DNA from: Chiloscyllium plagiosum
Lineage: Eukaryota
Assembly (NCBI RefSeq): GCF_004010195.1
Contig: NC_057758.1
Span: forward strand, 2,741,853 to 2,805,852
Direction of reading: 5' to 3'
DNA: 64,000 nucleotides
Position numbers and translations under genes: made by a program. Of this stretch, positions 23,907-37,198 are shown piece after piece. The stretch's first letter is position 1, and each line of letters begins with the position of its first letter. The notes under the pieces are model-generated. The model was not told the DNA's origin. It searched no databases and was given only the letters and a program-made list of their open reading frames with translations.

Positions 23907-26900
23907 CTGTGAGGGTGAGAGGGACGTGTTTAATCTGGTGATCAATTGAATTTAAAAGTGACCATTAATCCTGTAATGCAATGAGCAGAAATATTGACCC
24001 AGCAAGCAGATGTAGGGAGGTACAGTGGTTCCGTGATAAACTGTGCTGCCTCACAAACCCAGGATCCAGGATTCGATTTCAGTCTCAATGAGAGGCTGTT
24101 TGGCGTTTTCAGGGGTCGACATGAGTTATAATTCTCGTGGGGTTCTGCAATCATTTCACAATGATTGTTCAAACTCTGCTTTGCAAAGCGTGCGAAAGGA
24201 TATATATTATCCCCAGTTTGCTGGGATTCCCCTAAAATGTCTGAAGTCGGCAGAGACATTTCACAGAATTGAGTAGAACTTGCTGTTATAACAGCTATTT
24301 CTTAGTAAAACACGAAATGAGCACCTGTCAACGAAACGGAGAGTAGTTTTGTTCGGGGAACCAAGGACTGACCTGGGAATCTGAAAGCGATCACACTTAA
24401 CTTCATAGAATCACGGAATTGTGCGTGACAGAAACTGACCCATCAGTCTAATTTGTACCAAATGTCTGAAATTAATCTAGTCTCCTCTGCCAATATTTGG
24501 CCCAAATCCCTCTGAACCGTTTCTGTTCACGTAGATGCAGATCGATTTTAAGGATTGCAACTGCACCAACCTCCACCAGTTCATCTGGAAGCTCATTCTG
24601 TACACTCAGCACCATCTGCATGAAAAACAAACACAATGTCCCTTTGGTCCCTTTTCACTATGATCCCTCACATCATAAACCCTGACCTCCACTTTTGAAC
24701 TCCTTTCCAATGGGAAAGGAAAGAAACCTTGGTTGTTCATCTTTATCATGAATCTCGTGGTTTAAAACAAATCTATCAGCTCTCTCATGTTGCATAGAGA
24801 AAATCTTCAGCCTCTTGCGATAGCTCAAAGTCCCCAATCCCAGAAACGTCATTTTAAATGGTTTATGAAACATTATCACGAATAGACTATGGTCTACTCT
24901 GCCATATCGATTTTGTGCCTTTGCGAATAAATCACAACAGGAAAATGGAATTCATAATAAACAGCATGGTGTAATATTTTTGATTTGAAATTCAACAGAA
25001 ATCCTGGAAAAATCAATGCATTCCCCAACAATCTATTCAAACTATTCAATCTAACTATCTGTTTGCAAACTCCCACCCTACCTAGTGGTTTAATCTGGAC
25101 GTACTGGATTCCTCCTAACATCCAGAGCTGTGCAGGTTATTTGGTTTAGCTGTGGGAAATGCGAGGAAAAGGTGGAGAGCTGTGTTGTGTATCCGGGGGT
25201 GCATGCAGATACGGTGGGCTGAATGACCTCTTCCTGCACTCTCAGTATTTAATGTGAACAACAGTAACAAAAATGAAATGAAACTGCAAGTGGCACTCTA
25301 GAATTTAGATTTAGCACAATACTTCGTGCATGTGAGAAATACCCTAATGTGTGTAAGGCAAAAGTCTTCGAGAAGAACTTTCCTTTTTTTCAACAAGAAT
25401 CCTGATTAGACTAGGCAGCAGGTTATTACACAGTATTCCTGCAGCAACAAGGAGTCAATGGAGAAGTAAATAAAATAAGTGCAGCACACTCATGGCAGTG
25501 ACTATTTAGCTTCTAACACCTCAGCCTGTGTTATTGAGAATATAACTCTATTAAGGCTACAAAAATGTACTCTTCTCCCTCGCTTTCACCAAACTTTAAA
25601 CCAGAGGCTTTCCTTGCAGAATAAGGCAACTCGGTCTATCTAGACTGATTCACAATTCAGTGAGTTTGTGGTTGATCTGATCATCCTCAAACCCACTTCA
25701 TGCCCTCTTCCCACAACCCTCAATTCTCTTCCTAATTGATAAGCTGTCCCTCCCAGCATTGACGAGATTAATGACTCAATTGCGACAGCACTCTACAGTG
25801 AAGAATTCTGCAGACTCACTGACGTTTGAGAGGGGATTCCTCCTATCCCTGCCGGAAATGTGTGACACATTCTGGGGAGATTTTGATTTATGGTCCCGCA
25901 ACCTCTCCACATATAGTCTGCCAGTTGACCTAAGAATATTGGAAGTTTCAATGAAATCGCCACTCATTCTTCTAAATTTCAACAAGTGCCAAACTACCAC
26001 TCCGATAAGGAAATCTCTTCAAGATGTTGAGAACCTTGAGGAGGTATCTTTCTAACGATTGATGAGACTAATATTGACGCTGGTTGCTGAAATGTTGGTT
26101 GTAGGGACGATACAAGCTTGAGATAATGAAAAAAGGATGCAAACGTGAGAACCAAATGAGAGTTAATGAGTGACTGAGCAGCTTCAGATGATTTGCAGTT
26201 GACGGAAGCTTATAACTTTGCAATCTGCTTGGGCTAAGTGGAGACTAGCAGAGACACGGATGAGATTTGCCAAAGACACGGATGAGATTTCATTGTGCAA
26301 TGGGTTTCGGCGGATTGGAATGTACTCAGTGATGGACGTGGGTTGAGGCATTGTTGGTTTAATTAATAATCTGGACTTAATATAGTTTTGTACAGTCCTG
26401 CTCAGGACGATGTTGATAGGGAATATTGATGGATATGATGACGAGAGAAGAGTATGGCCACAGTTTTCCGAAGATTTGAGGAAGACATCGACCAGCACAC
26501 TGATGCGTTTTTACCCCCCAGTTCGAACAGCAGATGCTTGATACTTTCCAGTGGGAAAGAATAAAGAACACTGGAGTCAGTCTCTCTAATTTTGTATTCC
26601 TTTCCTCATATTTTTTGATGGATCTAAGAGTGTGGTCAAAAGTAAATTCGGAACAGTAATATAGGAGAAAATGGAGAAGAGGCAGAGAATTTTTTTATTG
26701 ATGACAAACCTGATGAACAATGGTCAATCATTACAAACATGGGGAATATTGCGGACGATTCAGCATCGGGTTTTGCTAGGCCCAGTGTTTGCACTTCGTT
26801 GCATGTTGAATTTACTAATCAAAGGAAGGCAGACACTAACCATCCAAAAGAAAAAAATATTGAGTAATATAAAAAGAGGAAACGTTTTCAGACTTTGGCA

Positions 26901-27652
26901 GAACGGAAGCAAATTTTGGAATCATTGGAACTTGGTGATATGCTTTACTCCCTCTAATTTTCTGTCCAGTTCAGCAATTTTGCCAAAAGAAAGAAGAAAA
27001 TACTTGGTGAAGTCTCCTGAAACAGTTTTCATTTACCTTTGGTTTAGAAATTAGAGATATAGTTTTGTGCCTGTGAACAATCTATTATTTGAGGAAACCT
27101 TGAAATTTATCATTTTAACCTGATCAATTGCACTTGCAAATTACAATACGTCCACTTTCTTTGTCATTTTCCCCTCAAAGATGGCTGTCTGTCCGTGTGC
27201 AATTGGACATCATGGAAAAGATATTTTAGATTAAATTGTAGTCATGAGTAAGATTATCATATTGTTTATCTTTGTCCTGTCAAAGACAAGGCATGGGTAA
27301 CAAACTAAAATTTTTGGTGAAGTTATAATGCTAGTACCAAAGTTCAATTTTTCACAAGCTCTATTTCGGAACAATTGGGAAAATTTAAGTTACTTTGCCA
27401 ATTTTAAATTCACTGCATTACGAATCTAGGGACAGAGTGACAGATTTGGTTTGGTTTTCGATTCCTGTTTGGGGGACAAAACATGTGAGAGAGTACATTT
27501 AAAGGATATCAACACAATTACCTATGGTCACTACATTTTATACAGATAATTCACAATATCACTAACCCAAGCAGAAGGGGTCAGTAAACCACCAGCGCAT
27601 TCTGGCAGTAAAGCCTGCTTTCCAGCATCAATCCATGAGTGCAGACACTTAC

Positions 27653-27893
27653 CTGGGACGCCAAAAATAGCCAGAATGGGATAGTAAAAATGTTCAATAA
27701 TCCGAACTGACCAATAGAGCCACGATTCCAAATTCATCCATTTATGATTCTGATAAATGTAATTGAGCTCATAGGAAAACCATTTTTCCAATGTTGCAAC
27801 ATATGGAAGGTTTGACCCCAACTCAGATATTTGATACCCATCAACAATTATCATTTGTGACGTTTGCACACACTCCACCTTAGTTTTATGCAT
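27653..27893 (-). pseudogene. GPR139-like pseudogene, exon 1 (N-terminus and start of TM1)
   Basis: ...WSVRIIEHFYYPILAIFGVP-G|GTAAGT donor at 27652. The phase-1 intron (23907-27652) joins in frame to exon 2. First in-frame ATG is at 27893; the true start is uncertain. Confidence 0.8.
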
Positions 27894-28614
27894 CAGCGCT
27901 GGAGCCTCGGCTGAAGCATTTTGCACAATGTTCAGAATTAGTGTCCAGAGGATGATCGACCCCAAACTCCGGAGATGCCAGTGTCGCAGTTTGATCGTTT
28001 TCAGCTGATAGTCTTCACATCAGATGATATTCACAAGCAGCTGAAGGCTTTGACTATAATAAATGCATTCTGCTCTCAGAGTATCCCCAAACTTCCATGC
28101 ATAACCTATATATGTAAGGGACAACTGCACTCTCCATACCCTGCACAACACTGGCAGGGGCGTGACAATCTGGGAAATACATCACGTGAGGTCTACTCAG
28201 AATAAAACAAAGGAAATCAATAACCTTAGCCAGTCAGTTCCCTTCTCTCAATCATCCACCCTCCTTACCCAATAAAGAAACAAACGGTTTCATTAAACGA
28301 TCCATAAGTCCTATGCAGACAGAAATCATTGATGTTCGATTGAACATCCAGAAGGAGTACTCACAGCAACATCTGCCTGTAGCCCAGACCCAAAGATAAC
28401 GGGAATTGCATTGGAGAGGTGAGGCGAGAAGGAATGGTTTTGATGGAAGCTCAGCGTGTATCTGCGAGTGACATCAGGCGTTGCCAGTCAGTGGAAAACT
28501 GGGACAGACTCTTGATTGGCTGGAGTTTGAAAGAATATGTCTGTGGTTAGTTAAGCCAAACATCTCTCAGCACTCCTGACATCTCTCCAAACACGGAAAA
28601 GCAAAGCAGCCACG

Positions 28615-28936
28615 AGAGGCATAGATACAGTTGATAGCCAGAGACTATTTCCCAGGGCAGAAATGGCTAACACGAGGGGTCATAGTTTTAAGCTGGTTGG
28701 AGCAAAGTTTAGAGGGGACGTCAGAGGCGGGTTCTTTACACAGAGAGTTGTGAGAGCATGGGATGCTTTGCCAGCAGCAGTTGTGGAAGCAAGGTTATTG
28801 GGGACATTTAAGAGACTGCTGGGCATGCATATGGTCACAGAAATTTGAGGGTGCATACATGAGGATCAATGGTCGGCACAACATCGTGGGCTGAAGGGCC
28901 TGTTCTGTGCTGTACAGTTCTATGTTCTATGTTCTA
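28615..28936 (+). mobile_element. Young CR1 3' end
   Basis: NTRGHSFKLVGAKFRGDVRGGFFTQRVVRAWDALP; tail ttctatgttctatgttcta. Confidence 0.85.
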
Positions 28937-29479
28937 ACAGGAAGAAGCCACTCGAATCTTCTAGACTGTTGCAAGAGTCAACATGCCCATGGCTGATAAT
29001 CAAACCGACTCCTTTACTTTCACCTTCTTCTCCAAACCCTTTGATCCCATTCTCCCAAATAACAATATCTAACCCCTTTTGAAAAATGTTTAATGTTTCG
29101 GACTCCATCGCTTTCCCTGATAGGAGATTCCACAGGCTTATCACACTCTGGGGCAAAATGTATATTTTCATCTCTGTTCAGACAAGCCAACCCCATATCA
29201 TTAGACTTTGACCACAATCTTCCAGACCTTGCGTTCTTGGGAATACACTCCCTACCCTCTGCTGAATTCTGTTAGAATTTTAAATGATTTGTTGTGATCA
29301 CAGCTCATTTGTGTTAATGCCAGTGAATCTAGTTCTAACATATTCAGTCTCTCTTCATATATTAATCCTGCCATTCCATGAAACAGTCTGATAAACTTTT
29401 GTGCATTGACTCCATTGGCAGATCATCCTTCCTCGGAGGTGAAAAGTGTTGAAAGCGTTCCAGAGCAAACTCATCAAGA

Positions 29480-29750
29480 GTATTATTAGCGGAGTGTTTT
29501 GCAATTCGACAGTGAATACGGAGGTAGCGCCAAGGTGTCAGAGTGTCAATGTTGACAGAATGCTTCACTGCGGATTGGTCGATTTTGAGTAAAGACAGCA
29601 CCGTTAGAGGGTCAGTGTTGAGGTAGCTCTCTGCTGCCAGGTGGTTAGTGCTGAGGGAGTAGTCCATTGTTGAAGCGTCAGTGCTGAAGTATTACCGCAA
29701 TTTTGGAGGGGGAGCATTTAGGAGTGAGATACTATCGAAGGGAGAGGGCT
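29480..29750. repeat. Degenerate ~33-bp minisatellite
   Basis: Units such as gtcagtgttgaggtagc.../gttagtgctgagggagt.../gtcagtgctgaagtatt... spaced about 33 bp apart. Confidence 0.55.
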
Positions 29751-31899
29751 AATTAATTGAATGAAGTAAACTTTCGTGTAAAAGAGGGTGGCCACGCCAC
29801 CTCATATCTATTGTCTGTCATGTCTCCAATCTTTCTCAAATAGTCTACCAGCTCTTCCACAGTGAACTAATTAATTATTAAAATTGTGTGCATATAACTC
29901 CATCAGAGCACGACAGACGTTTGGAGAGCAGCGCTACTGGGATTTTGAACACATGATGGTGGGAGCCCAGGAAAAACTGGAGCATCAGAGGGACTTTGAT
30001 GTGAATTTCGATAGATCCTTGAATGCAGCAGCACTGGTAGAGAAGGTGAGTTATAGTAGATATGAGTACTGGCCTCGTGCGAGCAGTTTTGAATCCATCT
30101 GGAGATAATATGCGTAACACGGATTTGCTTTTCATGGGCTCACGGAGTATGTTGATGGTATTCATCATTGACACAATGACCACTGATTTAATTTTGGGTT
30201 CTATTACAATGTAAAAAAAGAGCTGAAATGCACAGCAACTGGAATCAAAGATTAATCTCGTCTTCTAGACGTTGACATCAGAAACCAAACAGTGTTACTT
30301 GGCTGATCTGTGGGAGATTTCCATATGCCTGCCTACACCCAGAAAATTCATATTCTTCCTAAATCAGAAATTGTCTGTCTCAGATTTAAATTTATCACTC
30401 GAATTAACATCGAGTTACAAATCTCGTTTGTGGGAAGCAGTCCTTTCTATCATCATTCCTGATTGACCTGCACGTAATTCTTAGAATTTGATGTGGGCGT
30501 CACTGGCTGAGACCGGCATTTATTGCCTGTATTTAGTTGTCCTTGAGGAGGTGGTTCACGTGCTGTCGGTAGAAGTGTGATGTGTCTCGGGAGGGAAATC
30601 CAGCTGTTTGTCCCAGAACATCTTTGACTTCACCTTCAAACTGTGGAAACAATTTGTTTTTACCGAGACTGTCTCCCCATAGTAATATCGTAAAACCCTT
30701 AGTTCTCTTCGCCTTTAGTCATCTATATTCCAGAGAATAGAGGCTTGATTTGTCAAATCTTTCCTCAGATTATAATCCTGATGTCCGGGATCATTTTAGT
30801 CAACCGGCACAAAATTCACTACAAGACCAAGTACACCTTCCTCCGAACTGATTCCCACATCTGCTGACAGCACTTTCAGGGAGAAATGAACTTGGGCACC
30901 AGATCGCTGTGTATACTTACATCTGAATACATCTTCAATGACGTCACAATTCTTTCGTTTTTCATATTGCCAGGCAGAGTTCCAGATTCTCACCACATTC
31001 TGGGTGAAATAAAAAACAAATCATGCATTCAGTCTAAGTCATCTGCCCCTTCCTGTAAATCTATGCTGCCCTGCCATTGATCACTCCATCAAGGAGAATC
31101 TTTTTTGATTGTCTATTATGTGTATACCTCTCACTACTATACATATGTCAGTCATGTCTGCTCTCCATTTCGTCCTCTGTTTGAACAATACAACTCCAGT
31201 CTGTCCAACCTCTCTTCATAACTGAATGTCTTCAGAACAGGCAACGTGTTGTTTTATACTCCACCATCGCTACGCCCTCAGCAGTACACACAATAGTCTC
31301 GTGGTAGACCGTGCTACATTTTATGCAGTTTCAGCAGAACAGTTCTCAGGGCCGCAACGATTGACTCAGATAATTGGTTAAGTTCTGAATTACAGTCTGA
31401 GTCTAGAAACATAGCGCTGAGCAGTTGAGCTGGAGCTGTCGAACACACTGCTTTTTCCATTTGGACAACTTGTTCCTGGACAGCCTGTCAAAAGCTGAGG
31501 GATGGGTCATGCTTCTGAATTCACCAAAAGCCCTTGAATCAATTTTCCCATCTTGCCTGGAGGAAGATTCACAAAGTTGATTCCCCGTCGTGGGGACTGT
31601 CTGATGCAGAGACGTTGAGTCCCTCTTCATAACTGAATGTCTTCAACTCAGGAAATATGTTGGTTATTCTCCCACACCCCTTTGTCACCTCGACTGCTAA
31701 CAAATCCATCCTATCATGTGTATTCCTGAGGTTCAAAGAATGCACTCTCTGTGTTCTGGGAAACGATTTATGCAATTGCATTTGAACAGTTGTCACAGAC
31801 ACCATGGATAATTCAGATAACTTATCAAACTGCGAAGTACAGTCTCAAGAACAACACTTTCAAAAGGAGGAAAACAGGCAATGGCAACGCCAGGGGATA

Positions 31900-32297
31900 T
31901 TTTCCCAGGAACATCAGATATTGAGGGGTAGAATTATAGAGGTTTATAAATCATAATGAGCATGCATAGGGTAAATGATGACTTTTATGCAGGGTGGGGT
32001 AGTCCAAAACTAGAGGACAAAGATCAAACGTGAGAGGTGAAAGGTTTAAATGATGTTTATGGGGCACTCCTTTTCACGCAGTGAGTGATGCATGCATGGA
32101 ATCAGCTGTCGGGGAAGTGGAGGACGCTGGTGGAATTGCAGCATTTCAAACGCATCTGTATGGGTATATGAACATGAAGGCTTTAGAGGGATATGTGCGG
32201 AATGTTGAAAAATGGGGCTAGATTAGTTTAGGTTACCTTGTCAGCATTGACAAGTTGGACTGAAGTGTTTTTTTTCATATTATATACCTCTATGATT
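31900..32297 (+). mobile_element. Diverged CR1 3' end
   Basis: gaggtttataaatcataatgagc...ttttcacgcag...tggaatcagctg...ctctatgattc. Confidence 0.7.
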
Positions 32298-32409
32298 CAA
32301 TTACTCCACGTCAGTCATGTCACTCAGTAGATATTGCATTACTGTGGAGAGGCACTTCTGAATACTGTAGAATGCCCATATATCAGACATATTGTATTTC
32401 TGTAAATTT

Positions 32410-32930
32410 CATCCGTTTGTGTGTCAGTTCTGGGTGTGTTTGTGTATGTGAGTTTGTGCGTGCATGTTAATGTTTGTGTGTGAGTGCATGTCTCTATATG
32501 TATGTTTGTGATTTTGTGTTTGTATATGTGAATGAGTGCGTATGAGTACGTTTGTGAAACTATAAGTTTATAACTGTGGGTGTCTGTGTGTCTGATGTGT
32601 TTGAGCATATGAATGTTTCTCTATGCATTAATCTGTGCGTGTGCAACTGTGTGAACAGTCTGTGCTTTTGTAGGTCTGTGTGTTTGCAAGTGTGATGTGT
32701 TCATGACTGCGTTTGTCTAACATGTGAGCATGTGCACCTGATGTGTGACTGTGCATGTGTGCGTGTGACTGAGAGTGTAAAGTGTGTTGGAGTGGTATTC
32801 CTGTGTGTATGTCTTTGTTAGTGTGTGTTTGTGCATGTGTGTATCTCTGCCTGTGACAGAGACAGTGCGTTTGTGGTTGTGTGTGAAAATGTATCAGAGT
32901 ATGTGCGTGTGTGTGATATCAGTGCCCACG
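32410..32930. repeat. Degenerate (TG)-rich low-complexity tract
   Basis: tgtgtg/tgtatg/tgagtg repeats. Confidence 0.8.
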
Positions 32931-33140
32931 TAACTAGGTTTGGGAGTGTGAGCATGCTGGGGAGTCCATGCCTGTTTGATGCAATGGAGGTGTAGGTATG
33001 TATTGTATCATTTACAGTCTGAAAGATGGCATGGACATAAAGCGGCCCAGAGTGTGCTGAATTAATGTAAAATGTAGAATTTGTATGTGATACCAATACT
33101 GCAAGTGTGTTGCCATGATACGACAACAAATTCAATTTGG

Positions 33141-34067
33141 ATGCGAGCATAAGAGGTACAGTTAGTAAGTTTACAGATGACACCAACATTGGAGGTGTTG
33201 TGGACAGCGAAGAGGGTTACTTCAGATTACAACAGGATCTTGATCAGATGGGCCAATAGGCTGAGAAGCAGCATTTGGAGGTTAATTCAGGTAAATGCGA
33301 GGTGCAGCATTTTGGGAAAGCAAATCTTAGCAGGACTCATACACTTAATGGTAAGGTCCTAGGGAGTGTTGCTGAACAAAGAGACCTGGGAGTGCAGGTT
33401 CATAGCTCCTTGAAAGTGAAGTCGCAGGTAGATAGGATAGTGAAGACGGCATTTGGTATGCTTTCCTTTATTGGTCAGAGTATTGAGTACAGGCGTTGGG
33501 AGGTCATTTTGCGGCTGTACAAGACATTTGTTAGGCCGCTGTTGGAATATTGCGTGCAATTCTGGTTTCCTTCCTATTGGAACGATGTTGTGAAACTTGA
33601 AAGGGTTCAGAAAAGATTTACAAGGATGTTGCCAGGGTTGGAGGATTTGAGCTATAGCTAGAGACTGAACAGGCTGTGGCTGATTTCCCTGGAGCATCGG
33701 AGGCTGACGGGTGGCCTTATAGAGGTTTACAAAATTATGAGGGGTATGGATATGATAAATAGACAAAGTCGTTTCCTGGGGTCGGGGAGTACAGGACTAG
33801 AGGGCATAGGTTTAGTGTGAGACCGGAAAGATATAAAATAGACCTAAGGGGCAACGCTTTTACGCATGGAATGAGCTGCCAGAGGATGTGGTGGAGGCTG
33901 GTACAATTGCAACATTTATGGGAATTTGGATTGATAGGAAGGGTTTGGAGGGACATAGGCTGGGTGCTGGCAGGTGAAATTATATTGGCTTGGGAAATCT
34001 GGTCGCTATGGACAGGTTGGACCGAAGGGTCTGTTTCCATGCTGTACATCTCTATGACAATGACTCT
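33141..34067 (+). mobile_element. CR1 3' fragment inserted in the 5' LTR of element A
   Basis: SKFTDDTNIGG..RDLGVQVHSSLK..VRPLLEYCVQFW; tail ctctatgacaatgactct. Confidence 0.85.
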
Positions 34068-34132
34068 AATCAATTTGAATTATGCCCTACATACCATAAT
34101 CCAATGATATTTGCATTTACCATTTTGACAGC

Positions 34133-34268
34133 AGCTGAAAATGTGTTGCTGGTAAAGTACAGCAGGTCAGGCAGCATCCAAGGAACAGGATGCTGCCTGA
34201 CCTGCTGTGCTTTACCAGCAACACATTTTCAGCTCTGATCTCCAGCATCTGCAGACCTCACTTTCTCC
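34133..34268 (+). mobile_element. Fold-back miniature PLE terminus
   Basis: 47-bp inverted repeat (34133-34179 and 34188-34234, one mismatch), then ctgatctccagcatctgcagacctcactttctcc. TSD ccattttgacagca (34120-34133, 34267-34280). Confidence 0.85.
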
Positions 34269-35371
34269 ATTTTGACAGCATCAAACCAAAGACATGATCC
34301 GTTGTTTCGGGGTATAAAATCAGATATATTGAACAGTTGTGTGGAGAACTGCCAAGAAAACCAAAAATGTGGATTGCCAGCCAAATGCTTCTCCGAAAGG
34401 GACCGGTCCAGAGGGAAAGTTGTGTAGCAGCAGCAGAATGAGGGGAGATGACCCAGGAAATCCGAGAGCAAATTCTTAGACGATATCCAACAGAGGAATG
34501 TCGACACAGCTGACTGGTTTTGAACTGTGTTTTTTTTTGCATATCATAAAAGGGGTGTTCTTCGTTTTAATCGGACCGGTTTGGTGAGTGGGAGGTAAAA
34601 GATACGTTAAAGGGTGAGGAGTTGTAAACAGTGGTTTTAATGTTCTCTCTTGTACCTAAGTAATATAATTGTCATTTTTACTTAGTTTTAATGTTCTCTC
34701 GTACTTAAGTAATATAATTGGCTTTCTGACTTTAAATAGTGAAATCTGGGATAGTTTTTTGCCACTCAAAATTAACAGCGCGAGGTGAACCTGTCTGTAC
34801 GTCAGGTCGAAATTAGTAGAGGGGGTACCTTGTGTAGTAATAGTTTGGGGGGGTTTCATCCGTCATTTGATCTGGTTTAGACAATTCCAGTCTGAGATAT
34901 GGACAGATTTGGAATACGAAAAACACAGCCCAGCAGATTTAAACACTTGCCGGTTCGTGTCCTCGACCTTTAAATAAAACATAGCTGAAACAATGTGTTT
35001 AATCTCGGTTAGTTGTGGTTGGTTAAATTAAAAGTTACAGAAATGGCTCTTAAAATTGGGAACGAGTTTCTGGGATTTGACGTTGATTTCGAAATTTGAC
35101 AAGAAAGTTTAGCAACAAAGGCAAAGACCATAATCTTAAAATTATCAAAGACGTCAGGATTGGGTTTAACCAAAGACAAAAGTAAAGCTGAAAATGTAAG
35201 GAAATTAGTGAAACAGGCGGGTATGTCAGAGCAAAAGAGAAGTGCAGTAGACTTATAAAAACTTCGATTACATTTGAGGAAACTTAAGTTAGAAGACAAA
35301 CAAAGGGAGAAAGATAAAAGGGATAAAAGAAAGAGTGAAAGAGAAGAAAGTGAGAGAGAGAGAGAGAATAG

Positions 35372-37198
35372 TGACAGGATGGAAATTCGTAAGGAGGACG
35401 TGGTAGCAATGCTGGAAAGTGTGAAAATAGATAAGTCCACTGAGCCGGATGGGATTTATCGAAGTATTCTTTGGGACGCCAAAGAGCTGACTACATAGCC
35501 TTTGTCTTTAATTTTTATGTCGTTGTTCTCTACAGGAATGGTGCCAGAAGACTGGACGATAGCAAATGTTGACCACGTGTTCAAAAACGGGAGGAGAGAC
35601 AACCCTGGTAATTGTAGACCAGTATGCCTTCCTTAGGTTGTGAGTAAAGTGTTGGAGATATCATTTGTAATCATCAAGAGAGGAATAAGTTGATTCGAGA
35701 CAGTCAACACGGTGCCTCATAAACCTCCTTGAGTTCTTTGAGCAGGTGACCAAACAGGTCACCTGCTCAAAGGTAATGCGGTTGATGTGGTGGATATGGA
35801 TATCATTAAGCCACTTGTTAAGGTTCCCTATGGGAGGCTAATGCACAAAATGCAGAGGGATGGGATTGAGGGTAATTTAGTGGTTTGAATGAGATGTTGG
35901 ATAGCTTAAAGAAGACAGGCGGTGGCGATTGATGGAAATAGTCATCCTGGAGTTCAGTTACTACGATCCGTACCAGAAGGATCTGTTTTGGGACCATTGC
36001 TATTTGTCATTTTTGTAAATGACCTGGAAGAGGGCGTAGAAGGATGGATGAGCCAATTTACGAATGGCAGTAAGGTCAGTGGATAATGCTGAAGGATGTT
36101 GCAGGTTAAAAAGGGTGATAGATAAGCTGCAATGCTGGACTGAGAGATGGCAAATGGAGATAATGAGAAAACTGTGAGGTGATTCACTTTGGAAGGAGCA
36201 ACAGCAATAAAGAGTACTGAGCTAATGGTGAGATTCGTGGTTGTGTAGACGGGCAGCGAGATCTCGTTGCCCATGTACATAGATTCTTGAAAAGTGCCAA
36301 CTAGGTTGACAGGGTTGTTAAGAAGGCATATGGTGCGTCATCTTTTATTGGTAGAGGGATTGCATTTCAGAGACATGAGGTCATGCTGCAGCTGAACAAA
36401 ACTCTGGTACAGTCGCACTTGGAGTATTGCTTACAGTTTTGGTTACCGCATTATAGGAAGGATGTGGTTCTTTGCACACCATTCAGAGAAGATTTACTAG
36501 GATGTAGCCTTGTATGAAGGTAATGTCTTATGAGTAAACGCTGTGGGACCTGAGGCTGTTTTCGTTAGATAGAAGAAGTTTGGATCTGACTTAATTGAGA
36601 CATGCAAGATAATCAAAAAGTTAGATTGGGTGGGCAGTGAGAGCCTTTTACCTCCGATGGTGATGACCAACACAAGAGGACATACCTTTAAATTGAGGGG
36701 TGACAGATGCAGGAAAGACGTCATAGGTAGTTTCTATACTCAGCGTGTAGTGAGGGCTTGGAACGCACTTCCTTCAACAGTCATAAATTCGTCAGCTTTA
36801 AGGGCATTTAAACGGGCATTGGACAGTCACATGGTTGAAAATGAAATAGCGTCAAGCAGTCCCTTCGGCCCAACAGGTCCACGCCAACCCGCCCAGACAC
36901 TTTCCCCTACATCTAGTGCTACGGGCAATTTAGCTTGGCCAATTTACTTAACCTGCACATTTTTGGATTGTGGGAGGAAACCTGAGCACGCGGAAGAAAC
37001 CCACGCAGACACGGGGCGAATGTGCAAACTCCACACAGAGAATCGCCTGAGAGCAGTAATTGAACCCGGGTCTCTGGTGCTGTGAGGCAGCAGTGCTAAC
37101 CACTGTGCCACCATGCTGCCCACTTCAGATTGCTTCCACAGGTCGGCGCAACATTATCGGCTGAAGGGCCTGTTCTGCGCTGTAATGTTCCATGTTGT
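35372..37198 (+). mobile_element. Decayed CR1 (RT to 3' end) inserted in the gag of element A
   Basis: [46 protein letters not shown]. The 3' UTR is interrupted by a SINE. Confidence 0.8.
36850..37122 (-). mobile_element. HE1/V-SINE-like SINE
   Basis: Reverse complement head gtgaggcagcagtgctaaccactgtgccaccatgctgccc and core gaaacccacgcagacacgggg. Confidence 0.85.

Noticed and set aside
26410..26860. IGNIDGYDDERRVWPQFSEDL resembling a Gypsy gag N-terminus inside the pseudogene intron
   Set aside because: Similarity is short and no LTR or pol motifs could be confirmed by eye.
27894..27965. Signal-peptide-like N-terminus MGSIILWTLILNIVQNASA on GPCR exon 1
   Set aside because: The listed start is TTG, not ATG. 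No ATG lies between it and the upstream in-frame TGA at 28020-28022, so it is unsupported as coding.
29480..29750. Regularly spaced ~33-bp units as a CRISPR-like array
   Set aside because: Degenerate tandem minisatellite without conserved repeats and unique spacers; eukaryotic context and no cas genes.
32339..33189. His/Thr-rich ORFs
   Set aside because: Translations of (CA)n-like low-complexity DNA.
35274..35498. Highly charged coiled-coil-like ORF
   Set aside because: Chance fusion of the Gypsy gag low-complexity region with an inserted CR1 fragment.
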